Source: an uncultured Flavobacterium sp.
Lineage (GTDB): Bacteria; Bacteroidota; Bacteroidia; Flavobacteriales; Flavobacteriaceae
Direction of reading: 5' to 3'
DNA: 62,750 nucleotides
Assembly: GCA_963924965.1 (NCBI GenBank)
Contig: CAWURM010000022.1
Coordinates: forward strand, 1 to 62,750
Below the pieces are notes generated by a model. It made no database searches. It had not been told where the DNA came from and saw only the letters and a program-made list of their open reading frames with translations. This document shows, piece by piece, positions 20,983-32,100 of the stretch (position 1 is the stretch's first letter; the number at the start of each line of letters is the position of its first letter). The position numbers and the translations under genes were made by a program.

Positions 20983-23900
20983 ATGAATCCACAAACACCG
21001 TATATTCCTAAGAATAAAGTAAGAATAGTAACTGCAGCCTCATTATTTGATGGTCATGATGCAGCTATAAATATAATGAGAAGAATTATTCAATCTACCG
21101 GAGTAGAGGTAATTCACCTAGGTCACGACCGTAGCGTAGAAGAAGTTGTGAATACTGCTATTCAAGAAGATGCTAATGCGATTGCAATGACGTCTTATCA
21201 AGGGGGTCACAATGAGTATTTTAAATACATGTATGACTTGCTAAAAGAAAAAGGAGCAGGACATATTAAAATCTTCGGTGGTGGAGGAGGAGTAATTTTA
21301 CCCTCAGAAATAGCGGAGCTGCAGGCCTACGGAATCACACGTATTTATGCGCCAGATGATGGGCGTTCCATGGGATTACAAGGAATGATTAATGACTTAG
21401 TACAACAATCAGACTTTCCTACTGGAGATAAGTTAACGGATGAAGTAGCGCAATTAGAATCTAAAAATCCAACAGCAATTGCTAGAATTATATCTGCAGC
21501 TGAGAATTTTCCTGATGTGGCTAAACCAGCATTGGATGCCATTCATGAAATAAATAAAAACTGTAAAACTCCCGTTCTTGGAATCACAGGTACAGGAGGA
21601 GCAGGAAAATCGTCATTGGTAGACGAGTTAGTGCGTCGTTTTTTAATTGATTTTCCAGAAAAAACAATCGGATTAATATCTGTTGATCCATCTAAACGTA
21701 AAACAGGAGGTGCTTTATTAGGAGATAGAATCCGTATGAATGCAATCAATAATCCTCGTGTGTACATGCGTTCATTGGCAACACGTCAATCCAATCTAGC
21801 CCTATCTAAATATGTTGCTGATGCAATTCAAGTTATCAAAGCAGCGAAATATGATATTATCATTCTAGAAACTTCTGGAATTGGTCAATCGGATACTGAG
21901 ATTATGGACCATTCAGATGTTTCATTATACGTAATGACTCCAGAGTTTGGAGCTGCGACTCAATTAGAAAAAATCGACATGCTTGATTTTGCTGATTTAG
22001 TAGCCTTAAATAAATTTGACAAACGTGGCGCATTAGATGCTATTCGTGATGTTAAAAAACAGTACCAACGCAATCACAATCTATGGGATGTAAATCCTGA
22101 TGAGATGCCTGTTTTTGGGACTATTGCATCTCAGTTCAATGATCCAGGGATGAACACGCTTTACAAATCCATCATGGATAAAATTGTAGAGAAAACGGAG
22201 TCCAACTTGAAATCAACTTTTGAGGTAACTCGTGAAATGAGTGAGAAGATATTCGTAATTCCACCGCACAGAACGCGTTACTTATCTGAAATTGCGGAGA
22301 GCAATCGTAAATATGACGAAACCGCTTTGAGCCAACAAAAAGTAGCTCAAAAGTTATATGGTATTTTCAAAACCATTGAATCCGTTTCTGGAAAACTTCC
22401 TACTATAACAAAAACAGGACTTGATGATGCATCAGTCTATCCCTCTGCCATCAAAGAACAGGATGAAAATAATATTTTCCTTAATCTATTGCTGAATCAA
22501 TTTGATAAAGTAAAAATGGATTTAGATGCTTACAACTGGGAAGTGATCTTGACTTGGGATGAAAAAGTAAACAAATATAAAAACCCAATCTACTCGTTTA
22601 AAGTGAGAGATAAGGTGATTGAAATAAAAACACATTCGGAGTCGTTATCACACTCTCAAATACCAAAAATAGCCTTGCCAAAGTACGAAGCTTGGGGAGA
22701 TATTTTACGTTGGTGTTTACAAGAAAATGTTCCAGGAGAATTTCCATTTACTTCAGGATTATATCCTTTTAAAAGAGAAGGCGAAGACCCTTCCCGCATG
22801 TTTGCTGGAGAAGGTGGGCCTGAAAGAACTAACAAACGTTTTCACTATGTAAGTGCAGGATTGCCAGCTAAGCGTTTGTCAACTGCTTTTGATAGTGTGA
22901 CTCTCTACGGAAACGACCCTCATTTACGTCCAGATATTTATGGTAAAATTGGGAATGCGGGTGTTTCTATTTGCTGCCTAGATGATGCTAAAAAACTGTA
23001 CTCTGGATTTGATTTAGTGCATGCTATGACTTCGGTAAGTATGACAATCAATGGACCAGCTCCTATGTTGCTTGGTTTCTTTATGAATGCTGCAATTGAT
23101 CAGCAATGTGAATTGTACATCACAGCAAACGGACTGGAAAAAGAAGTTGAGGCGAAAATCAATAAAATATACAAAGACAAAGGAGTTGCTCGTCCCCGTT
23201 ATAATGGAGATTTGCCAGAAGGAAATAACGGTTTAGGATTGATGCTTTTAGGAGTTACTGGAGACCTTGTTTTGCCGTTTGATGTATACAATGAAATTAA
23301 AGTGAGAACACTTTCACAAGTTCGTGGAACGGTTCAAGCGGATATTTTGAAAGAAGATCAAGCACAAAATACCTGTATTTTCTCAACTGAATTTGCCTTG
23401 CGATTGATGGGAGACGTTCAAGAATATTTTATTACTAATAATGTTCGTAATTTTTATTCGGTTTCCATTTCAGGATATCACATTGCTGAGGCGGGTGCAA
23501 ACCCAATTACGCAATTGGCATTCACACTTTCAAATGGATTTACATATGTAGAATATTATTTGAGTCGCGGAATGAGCATCAACGATTTTGGACCAAACTT
23601 ATCCTTCTTCTTTTCAAATGGAGTAGATCCAGAATATGCGGTTATCGGTCGTGTGGCACGTAAAATTTGGGCGAAAGCCATGAAAAACAAATACGGTGCT
23701 AACGAAAGAGCCCAAATGTTGAAATATCATATTCAAACATCAGGGCGTTCATTACACGCTCAAGAAATTGATTTTAATGACATTCGTACCACGTTACAAG
23801 CATTATACGCTATATATGACAACTGTAACTCGTTGCATACTAATGCATATGATGAAGCAATTACAACACCAACAGAGGAGTCCGTGCGTCGTGCGATGGC

Positions 23901-24423
23901 GATTCAGTTGATTATTAATAAAGAATTAGGTCTTGCCAAAAACGAAAACCCAATTCAAGGTTCGTTCATCATAGAAGAATTAACGGATCTAGTGGAAGCA
24001 GCTGTTTTACAGGAATTTGATAGAATCACTGAAAGAGGTGGAGTCTTAGGAGCAATGGAAACGATGTACCAACGCTCTAAAATTCAAGAAGAAAGTTTGT
24101 ACTACGAAACCTTGAAACACACAGGAGAGTTTCCTATAATTGGAGTGAATACATTCTTAAGTTCTAAAGGTTCTCCTACGGTTATTCCGGCTGAGGTAAT
24201 TCGTGCAACCGAAGAAGAGAAACAATTCCAAATTCAAACTTTGGAAAATTTACATAAGGCAAATGCGAAGCAAGTGCAACAGCAATTAGATAGTATTCAA
24301 GATGCCGCTATTAAAAACGAAAATTTATTCGACCATCTGATGGAAGCGACTAAAGTGTGTACGCTAGGGCAAATTACCGCTGCTTTATTTGAAGTAGGTG
24401 GACAGTATAGAAGAAATATGTAG
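20983..24423 (+). CDS. icmF: Fused isobutyryl-CoA mutase IcmF (B12-binding + MeaB-type GTPase + mutase barrel)
   Basis: DGHD B12 motif, [10 protein letters not shown]-loop, NKFD, RMFAG (Phe, as in ICM), GYHIAEAGA. Confidence 0.92.
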   Translation: MNPQTPYIPKNKVRIVTAASLFDGHDAAINIMRRIIQSTGVEVIHLGHDRSVEEVVNTAIQEDANAIAMTSYQGGHNEYFKYMYDLLKEKGAGHIKIFGGGGGVILPSEIAELQAYGITRIYAPDDGRSMGLQGMINDLVQQSDFPTGDKLTDEVAQLESKNPTAIARIISAAENFPDVAKPALDAIHEINKNCKTPVLGITGTGGAGKSSLVDELVRRFLIDFPEKTIGLISVDPSKRKTGGALLGDRIRMNAINNPRVYMRSLATRQSNLALSKYVADAIQVIKAAKYDIIILETSGIGQSDTEIMDHSDVSLYVMTPEFGAATQLEKIDMLDFADLVALNKFDKRGALDAIRDVKKQYQRNHNLWDVNPDEMPVFGTIASQFNDPGMNTLYKSIMDKIVEKTESNLKSTFEVTREMSEKIFVIPPHRTRYLSEIAESNRKYDETALSQQKVAQKLYGIFKTIESVSGKLPTITKTGLDDASVYPSAIKEQDENNIFLNLLLNQFDKVKMDLDAYNWEVILTWDEKVNKYKNPIYSFKVRDKVIEIKTHSESLSHSQIPKIALPKYEAWGDILRWCLQENVPGEFPFTSGLYPFKREGEDPSRMFAGEGGPERTNKRFHYVSAGLPAKRLSTAFDSVTLYGNDPHLRPDIYGKIGNAGVSICCLDDAKKLYSGFDLVHAMTSVSMTINGPAPMLLGFFMNAAIDQQCELYITANGLEKEVEAKINKIYKDKGVARPRYNGDLPEGNNGLGLMLLGVTGDLVLPFDVYNEIKVRTLSQVRGTVQADILKEDQAQNTCIFSTEFALRLMGDVQEYFITNNVRNFYSVSISGYHIAEAGANPITQLAFTLSNGFTYVEYYLSRGMSINDFGPNLSFFFSNGVDPEYAVIGRVARKIWAKAMKNKYGANERAQMLKYHIQTSGRSLHAQEIDFNDIRTTLQALYAIYDNCNSLHTNAYDEAITTPTEESVRRAMAIQLIINKELGLAKNENPIQGSFIIEELTDLVEAAVLQEFDRITERGGVLGAMETMYQRSKIQEESLYYETLKHTGEFPIIGVNTFLSSKGSPTVIPAEVIRATEEEKQFQIQTLENLHKANAKQVQQQLDSIQDAAIKNENLFDHLMEATKVCTLGQITAALFEVGGQYRRNM

Positions 24424-24458
24424 TGTAATATTTTCTTTTAAGTGGAAAAGTAGTTAAG

Positions 24459-24491
24459 AAACCTTTCAGTTTATTCTGGAAGGTTTTTTTT
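24459..24491 (+). terminator. Intrinsic terminator after icmF
   Basis: AAACCTTTCAG-tttatt-CTGGAAGGTTTTTTTT. Confidence 0.75.
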
Positions 24492-24742
24492 ATATGCCTC
24501 GTTTTTTAACTCGTCAATCAACTAAAATAACACTTGTTACTTTCAATAATGGGAGTAGATATAATCTCATTTATGATAAATGTGTACTTTTTTTTAATCT
24601 TTTTTTTTCGCTGCGAACCCACGGTTTAGCTCGAATTATTAACGATTTTGTGCAGTGATAAAAATGGCACGAAAGAAAACAAAATATTTTTTGGCACAGT
24701 TCATGGATATAAGGAAGTAAGAAACTATTAAAAATTAAAATC

Positions 24743-25243
24743 ATGAAAAAGATATTTACACTATTGGCCATTGCAGGATTGTTAACCTTGCAAAGTTGCA
24801 CAACTTCAGGAAGCTTTGAAATAGCTCCTGTTACTACTACAAGTGAAGTTTTTGAAATTACTACTTCGTTTAATTCCAATAACAATTATGGAAAGTTAGT
24901 TACTTTTAATCCTAGAATTTATTCTTCAGATGTTGTTTTGGTATACCGTTTAGCGGGGTCTAACTATCAAGGTGATGTATGGCAATTGTTACCAGAAACG
25001 CACTATTATAATGATGGTACCTTAAATTTTGGCTATAAATATGATTACACAAATTCAGATGTCGATATCTATATGATAGGCGCTAATTTGCAAAATGTGA
25101 CCGCTGAATTCAGATTGAATCAGGTATTGAGAATTGTGATCGTTCCTGCAAGTTATGCAACAGCGGTAAATAAAAGTAATTATAAAGACGTAATGACGAC
25201 TTTGAATCTCAAAGATTCCCAAATTCAAAAGATTAATTTTTAA
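24743..25243 (+). CDS. Hypothetical lipoprotein, paralog A
   Basis: Lipobox LQSC; SEVFE, SDVVLVYR, WQLLP, RIVIVP. Confidence 0.85.
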   Translation: MKKIFTLLAIAGLLTLQSCTTSGSFEIAPVTTTSEVFEITTSFNSNNNYGKLVTFNPRIYSSDVVLVYRLAGSNYQGDVWQLLPETHYYNDGTLNFGYKYDYTNSDVDIYMIGANLQNVTAEFRLNQVLRIVIVPASYATAVNKSNYKDVMTTLNLKDSQIQKINF

Positions 25244-25399
25244 TACCTGCACACTAGAGGGGAAGTCGTTCGATTTCCTCTTTTATAGTTGAGTGTTTTA
25301 TGATACAAGCGTTTGATAGTTTTTTTTAGGCTACCTGAACTAAAATACTATTTGGCACAATAAATGAATATGAATTAATTAACCTTTAAATTTTAAGTT

Positions 25400-25930
25400 A
25401 TGAAAAAGATAAGTACATTTTTGGCGATTATTGGAATAGTCCTATTATCAAGTTGTTCAGGTCCTCAAGGTCCTCCTGGCTATGACGGGTTGGACGGATT
25501 AAATGGGCAAGACGGATTAATAAGTGAAGTATTTGAACTTAAGAATGTTAATTTTGCTTATAATGCTACAGACGGTTATACAATATACCGTGCTTTAAAT
25601 CCACAAATTTTCGCATCTGATGTTGTTTTGATTTATAGAATGTCTGGAACAGTAGATGCTTCAACCCCAATTTGGCAATTGATTCCAAGAACTCTTTTTT
25701 TACCTCAGGGAGAATTAGATTACGATTTTGATTTTAGTAGAAAAGATTTTACCATTTATGCAGGAGGTAATTATGATTTAAATTTAACTCCGAGTTACAT
25801 AAAAAATCAAACATTTAGAATAGTAATTGTACCCGGAAGTTTTTCAAGTACACTAAATAAAAGTAGTTATGCTGATGTAATGGCTGCATTGAATTTAAAA
25901 GAAAGTCAAGTTAAACCAATTACTTTTTAA
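25400..25930 (+). CDS. Hypothetical lipoprotein, paralog B, with short collagen-like Gly-X-Y stretch
   Basis: Lipobox LSSC; GPQGPPGYDGLDGLNGQDG; same motifs as paralog A. Confidence 0.85.
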   Translation: MKKISTFLAIIGIVLLSSCSGPQGPPGYDGLDGLNGQDGLISEVFELKNVNFAYNATDGYTIYRALNPQIFASDVVLIYRMSGTVDASTPIWQLIPRTLFLPQGELDYDFDFSRKDFTIYAGGNYDLNLTPSYIKNQTFRIVIVPGSFSSTLNKSSYADVMAALNLKESQVKPITF

Positions 25931-25951
25931 AATACTGTTTAATTCAAGAAC

Positions 25952-25980
25952 AAAAGGAGGCCATAGGTCTCCTTTTTTTT
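25952..25980. terminator. Bidirectional terminator
   Basis: AAAAGGAGGCC-ata-GGTCTCCTTTTTTT. Confidence 0.75.
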
Positions 25981-26031
25981 ATGTGCATCAATAATATACA
26001 AGTGCATGTTATTTAATTGAATTAGTAAAAA

Positions 26032-26982
26032 TTAATCTTTTGGATCCTTTTTATTCATTTGTAAAGAAACTATAATTCCTCCTAATAGCGAAATAGCGAT
26101 AAAGACTAAGGAAAACCATTCGGGAATTTCAATAAAATCATGCAATAACATCTTAAGGCCTACAAAACTTAAAATAGCGATTAAACTGAATTCTAAATAG
26201 CTGAATTTTTCAAGCATATTGGCTAAAAAGAAATACATAGAACGTAAACCTAAGATGGCGAATATATTAGAACTAAAAACTAGAAAGGGGTCATTAGTTA
26301 TAGCTAATATGGCAGGAACGCTGTCTAAAGCAAAGACAACATCCATGATTTCAATAACCACTAATGCTACAAATAAAGGGGTTGCTGCTTTAATGTGTTT
26401 TCTTTTTACAAAAAAATGCTCACCATCAACATGGGTAGTAATGGGGATTATTTTTTTTATCATTTTGAAAATGAATGATTTTTTTGGCTCAAATTCGTCT
26501 TCATCCTTTGAAAAAAGCATTTTAATAGCAGTGAAAAACAGGAATGCTCCAAAGATATAAGTGGTCCATTGGAATTTATTGATAAGTAGAACGCCAAAAA
26601 ATATCATTAATCCCCTAAAAAATATTGCCCCTAATATGCCCCAAAATAAAACTCTGTGTTGGTATTTTTGTGGTATTTTAAACGCTGAGAAAATGATAGC
26701 GATAACAAAAATATTGTCTACACTTAAAGATAATTCAATTAAATAGCCTGTAATGAATTTTATCGATGCGCTAAGAGGTTTTAAATTGTCAGGATTGGCT
26801 ATATATTGATTATCGTAGATGAAATAGATTACGCCAGAAAATAAAAAAGAAACGGAAACCCAAATGGCAGTCCATTTTGTCGCTTCCTTAGTACTAATAA
26901 TGTGAGGTGTTTTATTAAAAACCCCTAAATCTAAAATTAGAATGAGTAGCACTATTATAAAAAAGGATATCCAGACAATCAT
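26032..26982 (-). CDS. TerC/Alx-family membrane protein
   Basis: ELSLSVDNIFV, QHRVLFWGILGA, DVVFALDSVPA, FAILGLRSMYF. Confidence 0.93.
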   Translation of the reverse strand: MIVWISFFIIVLLILILDLGVFNKTPHIISTKEATKWTAIWVSVSFLFSGVIYFIYDNQYIANPDNLKPLSASIKFITGYLIELSLSVDNIFVIAIIFSAFKIPQKYQHRVLFWGILGAIFFRGLMIFFGVLLINKFQWTTYIFGAFLFFTAIKMLFSKDEDEFEPKKSFIFKMIKKIIPITTHVDGEHFFVKRKHIKAATPLFVALVVIEIMDVVFALDSVPAILAITNDPFLVFSSNIFAILGLRSMYFFLANMLEKFSYLEFSLIAILSFVGLKMLLHDFIEIPEWFSLVFIAISLLGGIIVSLQMNKKDPKD

Positions 26983-27063
26983 AAATACTGTTATTTAGAG
27001 TTACAAATATACTTTTTAACTTCAATAAAAATTTAAGGATCGTTGATATTAATTGTAATGCAT

Positions 27064-27096
27064 AAAAAAAAGTGCCATGGTTGAAATGGCACTTTT
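27064..27096 (-). terminator. Terminator after GSII gene
   Basis: AAAAAAAGTGCCAT-ggttgaa-ATGGCACTTTT. Confidence 0.75.
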
Positions 27097-27115
27097 ATAT
27101 ATAGGTATACTTAAA

Positions 27116-28129
27116 TTACAAAACTGATTTTACCGTTTTAATAATTCTAGCAGCAATTTTGTATGGATCTCCATTTGAAGCTGGTCTTCTGTCTTCTAAC
27201 CAACCTTTCCATCCTTTTTGAACTGTAATTAAAGGAATTCTAATAGAAGCTCCTCTATCTGAAATACCGTAAGAGAAATCGTGAATTGAAGCAGTTTCAT
27301 GCTTACCAGTTAAACGTAAGTCATTATAAGCTCCGTAAACAGCGATGTGTTCAGCAGTAACGGGTCTGAACGCTTCACATATTTTTTCATAGGTTTCACG
27401 AGAACCACAAGTTCTTAAAACTTCATTAGAGAAGTTAGCATGCATTCCTGAACCATTCCAGTCTGTGTCTCCAAGTGGTTTTGGGTGATATTCAATATAG
27501 TATCCGTATTTTTCAGTCAAACGATCTAGTAAATATCTAGCAACCCAGATTTCATCACCAGCAATTTTTGCTCCTTTAGCAAACAATTGGAATTCCCATT
27601 GTCCACAAGCTACCTCTTGATTGATTCCTTCAAAGTTAAGTCCTGCAGCGATACATAAATCAGCATGTTCTTCTACTAATTCTCTTCCGTGTGTGTTTTT
27701 TCCACCTACTGAACAGTAGTACATACCTTGAGGAGCAGGGTAACCTCCAATTGGGAAACCAAGTGGTAATAATGTTTTAGTATCCATAATGAAATACTCT
27801 TGCTCAAATCCAAACCAAAAATCACCATCGTCATCGATAGTTGCTCTACCATTAGATGAATGCGGAGTTCCATCAGGATTCATAACTTCTGTCATTACTA
27901 AATAACCATTTAAACGAGTAGGGTCTGGGTAAATAGCTACTGGTACTAATAAGCAATCAGAAGATCCGCCTTCAGCTTGCCTTGTAGAAGATCCATCAAA
28001 TGACCAATTTCCAAGTTCTTCTAGTGTCCCTTGAAAATTTTCATGTTCTTCAACTTTAGTTTTACTTCTAAGGTTTTGCGTAGGCTCATATCCGTCTAAC
28101 CAGATATATTCTAATTTTATTTTAGTCAT
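27116..28129 (-). CDS. glnII: Glutamine synthetase type II
   Basis: 337 aa; EYIWLDG, LRSKT, WSFDGSST, DWNGSGMH, EDRRPASNGDPY. Confidence 0.92.
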   Translation of the reverse strand: MTKIKLEYIWLDGYEPTQNLRSKTKVEEHENFQGTLEELGNWSFDGSSTRQAEGGSSDCLLVPVAIYPDPTRLNGYLVMTEVMNPDGTPHSSNGRATIDDDGDFWFGFEQEYFIMDTKTLLPLGFPIGGYPAPQGMYYCSVGGKNTHGRELVEEHADLCIAAGLNFEGINQEVACGQWEFQLFAKGAKIAGDEIWVARYLLDRLTEKYGYYIEYHPKPLGDTDWNGSGMHANFSNEVLRTCGSRETYEKICEAFRPVTAEHIAVYGAYNDLRLTGKHETASIHDFSYGISDRGASIRIPLITVQKGWKGWLEDRRPASNGDPYKIAARIIKTVKSVL

Positions 28130-28242
28130 AACAATATAATTTACGTGTTGGTTGTTTTAATTTTTATGCAAATATAAAAATGTTTTTAATTTGGCTGAAA
28201 ATATGGGGGTCCTTTTACTTAAATTGTTGTTATTTTTATGAA

Positions 28243-28263
28243 AACCCTATTTTTAAGAGGGTT
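28243..28263. promoter_or_regulatory. Palindromic operator candidate between divergent GS genes
   Basis: AACCCT-N9-AGGGTT, with half-sites GGGGGT (28205) and AGGGGT (28287). Confidence 0.45.
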
Positions 28264-28363
28264 GAATTTTTAAATTATCATTATAAAGGGGTATTTTTAA
28301 GCTTTATTCATCTGGGTAATTGGGTTTTTTCTTTAGTATTTGTTATCTTTGTAAAAAAAAATT

Positions 28364-30553
28364 ATGTCAACAATTCGTTTCCAAGCTTTGAGAGAAGCTG
28401 CTACAAGAAAACCAGTTCAATTTGAAGAATCAGGAAGAAAATCTGCTATTTTCGGTTCAAATGTGTTTAATGAAAAGGCAATGAAGCAGTATTTGACTTC
28501 GGATGCTTTAAAAGGGGTTCAAAGTGCAGTACAACATGGTACTAAAATTGATAGAAAATTAGCCGATTATATTGCAATGGGTATGAAAGAGTGGGCCTTA
28601 TCAAAAGGAGTGACTCATTATACACACTGGTTTCAACCACTTACAGGTGCAACTGCTGAAAAGCATGATGCTTTTTTTGAAACATCCTATGATGGTAGCG
28701 ATCCAGTAGAAAAATTTGGTGGAGCTCAATTGGTTCAACAAGAACCAGATGCTTCTAGTTTTCCTAATGGAGGAATTAGAAATACATTCGAAGCAAGAGG
28801 ATATACTGCTTGGGATCCTACATCGCCAGCCTTTATTTATGGTACCACTTTATGTATTCCCACTGTTTTTATTTCATATACTGGAGAAGCATTAGATAAC
28901 AAAATTCCTTTGTTAAGAGCTTTATCAGCAATTGATGAAGCAGCAACAGATGTATGTAAATATTTTGATAAAAACGTTAAGAAAGTTACTGCAACTTTAG
29001 GATGGGAGCAAGAATATTTCTTAATTGACCGTTCGTTAGCTGAATCTCGTCCAGATCTTATGATGACCGGAAGAACTTTGCTAGGACATACATCTGCAAA
29101 AGGACAACAATTAGACGATCATTACTTTGGTTCTATTCCTACTCGTGCTTTAACCTACATGAGAGATTTAGAGCAAGAATGTATGTTGCTGGGAATACCT
29201 GTTAAAACTCGTCATAATGAAGTAGCGCCAAACCAATTTGAGTTTGCACCTATTTTTGAAGAGACAAACCTAGCAGTAGATCACAACTGTCTATTGATGG
29301 ATGTAATGCAAAAAGTGGCAGAACGTCATGATTTAAAAGTGCTATTACATGAAAAACCATTCAAAGGGGTGAATGGTTCAGGGAAACACAATAACTGGTC
29401 ATTAGCTACAGATACTGGAGTAAACTTATTAAGTCCAAGTAAAACTCCTATGACGAACTTGCAGTTTTTAACATTCTTTATCAATACCATTAAAGCAGTA
29501 AATGATAACGAAACTTTATTAAGAGCAGCGATAGCTACGGCAAGTAACGATCATCGATTAGGAGCTAACGAAGCGCCACCTGCAATTATTTCGGTTTTTA
29601 TAGGAGCGCAATTAACTAAAGTTTTAGCGGAATTAGAAAGCGTAACTACTGGGAAATTATCTCCAGAAGAGAAAACTGATCTTAAATTAAATGTAGTAGG
29701 TAAGATTCCAGAAGTAATTTTAGATAATACTGATAGAAATAGAACGTCTCCTTTTGCATTTACCGGAAACAAATTTGAGTTTAGAGCAGTAGGTTCTACA
29801 GCAAACTGTTCCAGTGCAATGACTACATTGAATACGATTGTTGCAAAACAATTGAAAGACTTTAAAAAAGAAGTTGATGCATTGATTGAAACGAAAGACA
29901 TGAAGAAAGATGACGCCATCTTTAATGTGTTAAGAGAATATATCAAACATTCTAAAAAGATCCTTTTTGAAGGAGATGGTTATAGTGAAGCTTGGGAAAT
30001 TGAAGCGGGAAAGAGAGGTTTAAGTAACTTTAAAACAACGCCAAAAGCATTAAAAGCTAAAGTTTCTAAACAAGCACTAGATTTATTCTCAGAAATGGGA
30101 ATTATGAACCATATCGAGATGGAAGCGCGTTACGAAATTGAATTAGAAGAGTACACTAAGAAAATTCAAATTGAAGGAAGAGTTTTAGGTGATATTGCTA
30201 CTAATCATGTAATTCCAACAGCTATTCGCTACCAAAATACCTTAATCGAAAATGTAAAAGGATTGAAAGATATTTTTGGATCTGATTTTGAAACAATTGC
30301 GAAAGAACAAATTACCATCATAAAAGAAATTTCAAGACATATTGAAGGAATCAATTCTAAGGTGCTTGCGATGACAAATGAAAGAAAAAAGGCTAACGTA
30401 ATGACTGACGCGCAAGAAATGGCTGAAGCGTATTGCGATAAGGTGAAACCTTATTTTGAAATAATCCGTGAGCACTGTGACAAACTAGAACTTTTGGTTG
30501 ATAATGAATTGTGGACATTAACAAAATACAGAGAATTGTTGTTTACGAAGTAA
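28364..30553 (+). CDS. glnN: Glutamine synthetase type III
   Basis: 729 aa; HWFQPLTG, AEKHDAF, EPDASSFP, GWEQEYF, DRNRTSPFAFTGNKFEFRAVG. Confidence 0.95.
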   Translation: MSTIRFQALREAATRKPVQFEESGRKSAIFGSNVFNEKAMKQYLTSDALKGVQSAVQHGTKIDRKLADYIAMGMKEWALSKGVTHYTHWFQPLTGATAEKHDAFFETSYDGSDPVEKFGGAQLVQQEPDASSFPNGGIRNTFEARGYTAWDPTSPAFIYGTTLCIPTVFISYTGEALDNKIPLLRALSAIDEAATDVCKYFDKNVKKVTATLGWEQEYFLIDRSLAESRPDLMMTGRTLLGHTSAKGQQLDDHYFGSIPTRALTYMRDLEQECMLLGIPVKTRHNEVAPNQFEFAPIFEETNLAVDHNCLLMDVMQKVAERHDLKVLLHEKPFKGVNGSGKHNNWSLATDTGVNLLSPSKTPMTNLQFLTFFINTIKAVNDNETLLRAAIATASNDHRLGANEAPPAIISVFIGAQLTKVLAELESVTTGKLSPEEKTDLKLNVVGKIPEVILDNTDRNRTSPFAFTGNKFEFRAVGSTANCSSAMTTLNTIVAKQLKDFKKEVDALIETKDMKKDDAIFNVLREYIKHSKKILFEGDGYSEAWEIEAGKRGLSNFKTTPKALKAKVSKQALDLFSEMGIMNHIEMEARYEIELEEYTKKIQIEGRVLGDIATNHVIPTAIRYQNTLIENVKGLKDIFGSDFETIAKEQITIIKEISRHIEGINSKVLAMTNERKKANVMTDAQEMAEAYCDKVKPYFEIIREHCDKLELLVDNELWTLTKYRELLFTK

Positions 30554-30579
30554 TTTGTGTGGCAGTTTTTTTTAGAACA

Positions 30580-30610
30580 AATACCGTCTCTTACAAGAGA
30601 CGGTTTTTTT
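30580..30610 (+). terminator. Terminator after GSIII
   Basis: ACCGTCTCT-taca-AGAGACGGTTTTTTT. Confidence 0.8.
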
Positions 30611-30953
30611 ATGCGAAAAAAATAATCTTGCTTTTAAATCAAGGCGCGATTTTTGTTATCGTGGCGAAATATTTTAATTAATGTGAGTGGAGTAACTGAT
30701 ATTATAACAGGTCAGTAGTTCTAATTATAACTTGTAATTATACGGTATGAGTAGTAGATAAAGTGTGGGTTGCTAAATTGTTTTTTTTTTAATTTTAAGC
30801 GTTTTTTCAGTATATTATAGAATATGCTGAATTCTATCATTATTTCATATAAAATACTAATAAATAGTTATTTTTATTGTGTTTTTTTTCTTTTTTTATA
30901 CTAAAATCAATGATGTAATTTTTTTCCTATGCTGAATTAATAAAAAAATGTAA

Positions 30954-31050
30954 TTCGTCGATATTGAGCTACAGTTGGTCGAAAAATATTAATTATTTGA
31001 AAAACAGGTATTAATACTGGCCACTTCTTTTAGGATGTTTTCTATCTTTG
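30954..31050 (+). promoter_or_regulatory. Candidate curli promoter: 21-bp-spaced direct repeat plus -7 box
   Basis: TTCGTCGA (30954) and TTGGTCGA (30975); TATCTTTG at 31043-31050. Confidence 0.4.
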
Positions 31051-31228
31051 ATATGTAGTAATCTAATAAAAATCATGTATTTATACTAAAAATCTTGTTA
31101 TTTTACTCTTTAGGAAAAAGATCCTCAAATCATTTTTTTAAACTTGCATAAAGTAAAGAGGCTACCCCCTTAGTTTTTTTATAACCTACATAATAACTTG
31201 TATTAATAACCAATTAAATATATTTATT

Positions 31229-32080
31229 ATGAAAAAAGTTTTTTTCAGCATCTCCGCGATGCTATTTGTAGGAGCGATGTCTTTCGCTCAAAGTAACATG
31301 TCTAATGTGAATCAAGTTGGAAATTTAAACGGGTCAACCGTCAATCAAAATGGAGGCAGTAATGATGCTGACGTAGATCAGTATGGCCGAAGCAATTCCT
31401 CTGAAGTGTATCAAGGTATTAGACCATCTTTAATTAATGCAATGTCTAATAGTGCTGAAGTTTTGCAAAGAGGAAAATCAAATGTTGGTTTTATCTCTCA
31501 AAGTAATCAGGACAACGAGGCTTTCCAAAGACAAATTGGGGATAGCAACCGTGCTACAATTTGGCAAGATCAAGTTACAGGAGCTCCTTTAGCAACTCAG
31601 GGATCTGATTGGGCTAAGCAAGTTCAAAGAGGAGATAATAATGAAGCTACAATAGATCAAGGTACTTCAGGTAACGAAAGACCGCAAGCTCCATCAGTAT
31701 TTGACGCTAATCAACTAGCTGCTGCAGCTGCAGTTACGGTTCCAGTTTCTCCTCACAGAAATAACAGAGCGTTACAAACTCAAACAGGAGATGGCAACAC
31801 GGCTTATGCTAGCCAAGGTGGTGAAGGTAACAAATCGTATCAAACACAAACTTCTCCTTCAGGTACTTCTGTAGCCGATGGAAATGTTTCAAACCATTAC
31901 CAATATGGAAATAGAAACATAGCTACACTTACACAAAACGGTACTAAGTTGCTAGAAAATACGATGCAAATAGGTAATCGTAACGATGCAACCATTTCTC
32001 AATCCGGAATGGGACATCAAGCTAAAGGTTTCTCTTTAGGGAACTTAAATAGTATTAGTATTACTCAAAGTGGATTGTAA
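31229..32080 (+). CDS. csgA: Curlin major-subunit-like amyloid protein
   Basis: Sec signal, about 19 N-x-[AS]-x-x-x-Q-x-G 11-aa units; first gene of a csgEFG locus. Confidence 0.85.
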   Translation: MKKVFFSISAMLFVGAMSFAQSNMSNVNQVGNLNGSTVNQNGGSNDADVDQYGRSNSSEVYQGIRPSLINAMSNSAEVLQRGKSNVGFISQSNQDNEAFQRQIGDSNRATIWQDQVTGAPLATQGSDWAKQVQRGDNNEATIDQGTSGNERPQAPSVFDANQLAAAAAVTVPVSPHRNNRALQTQTGDGNTAYASQGGEGNKSYQTQTSPSGTSVADGNVSNHYQYGNRNIATLTQNGTKLLENTMQIGNRNDATISQSGMGHQAKGFSLGNLNSISITQSGL

Positions 32081-32100
32081 TTTCCTCTAAATGAATACAT

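Noticed and set aside
20983-24423. Methylmalonyl-CoA mutase call
   Set aside because: Fused GTPase architecture and RMFAG (not RQYAG) indicate IcmF
28180-28425. 81-aa ORF in the GS intergenic region
   Set aside because: Overlaps promoter elements and the GSIII start in another frame; low-complexity composition
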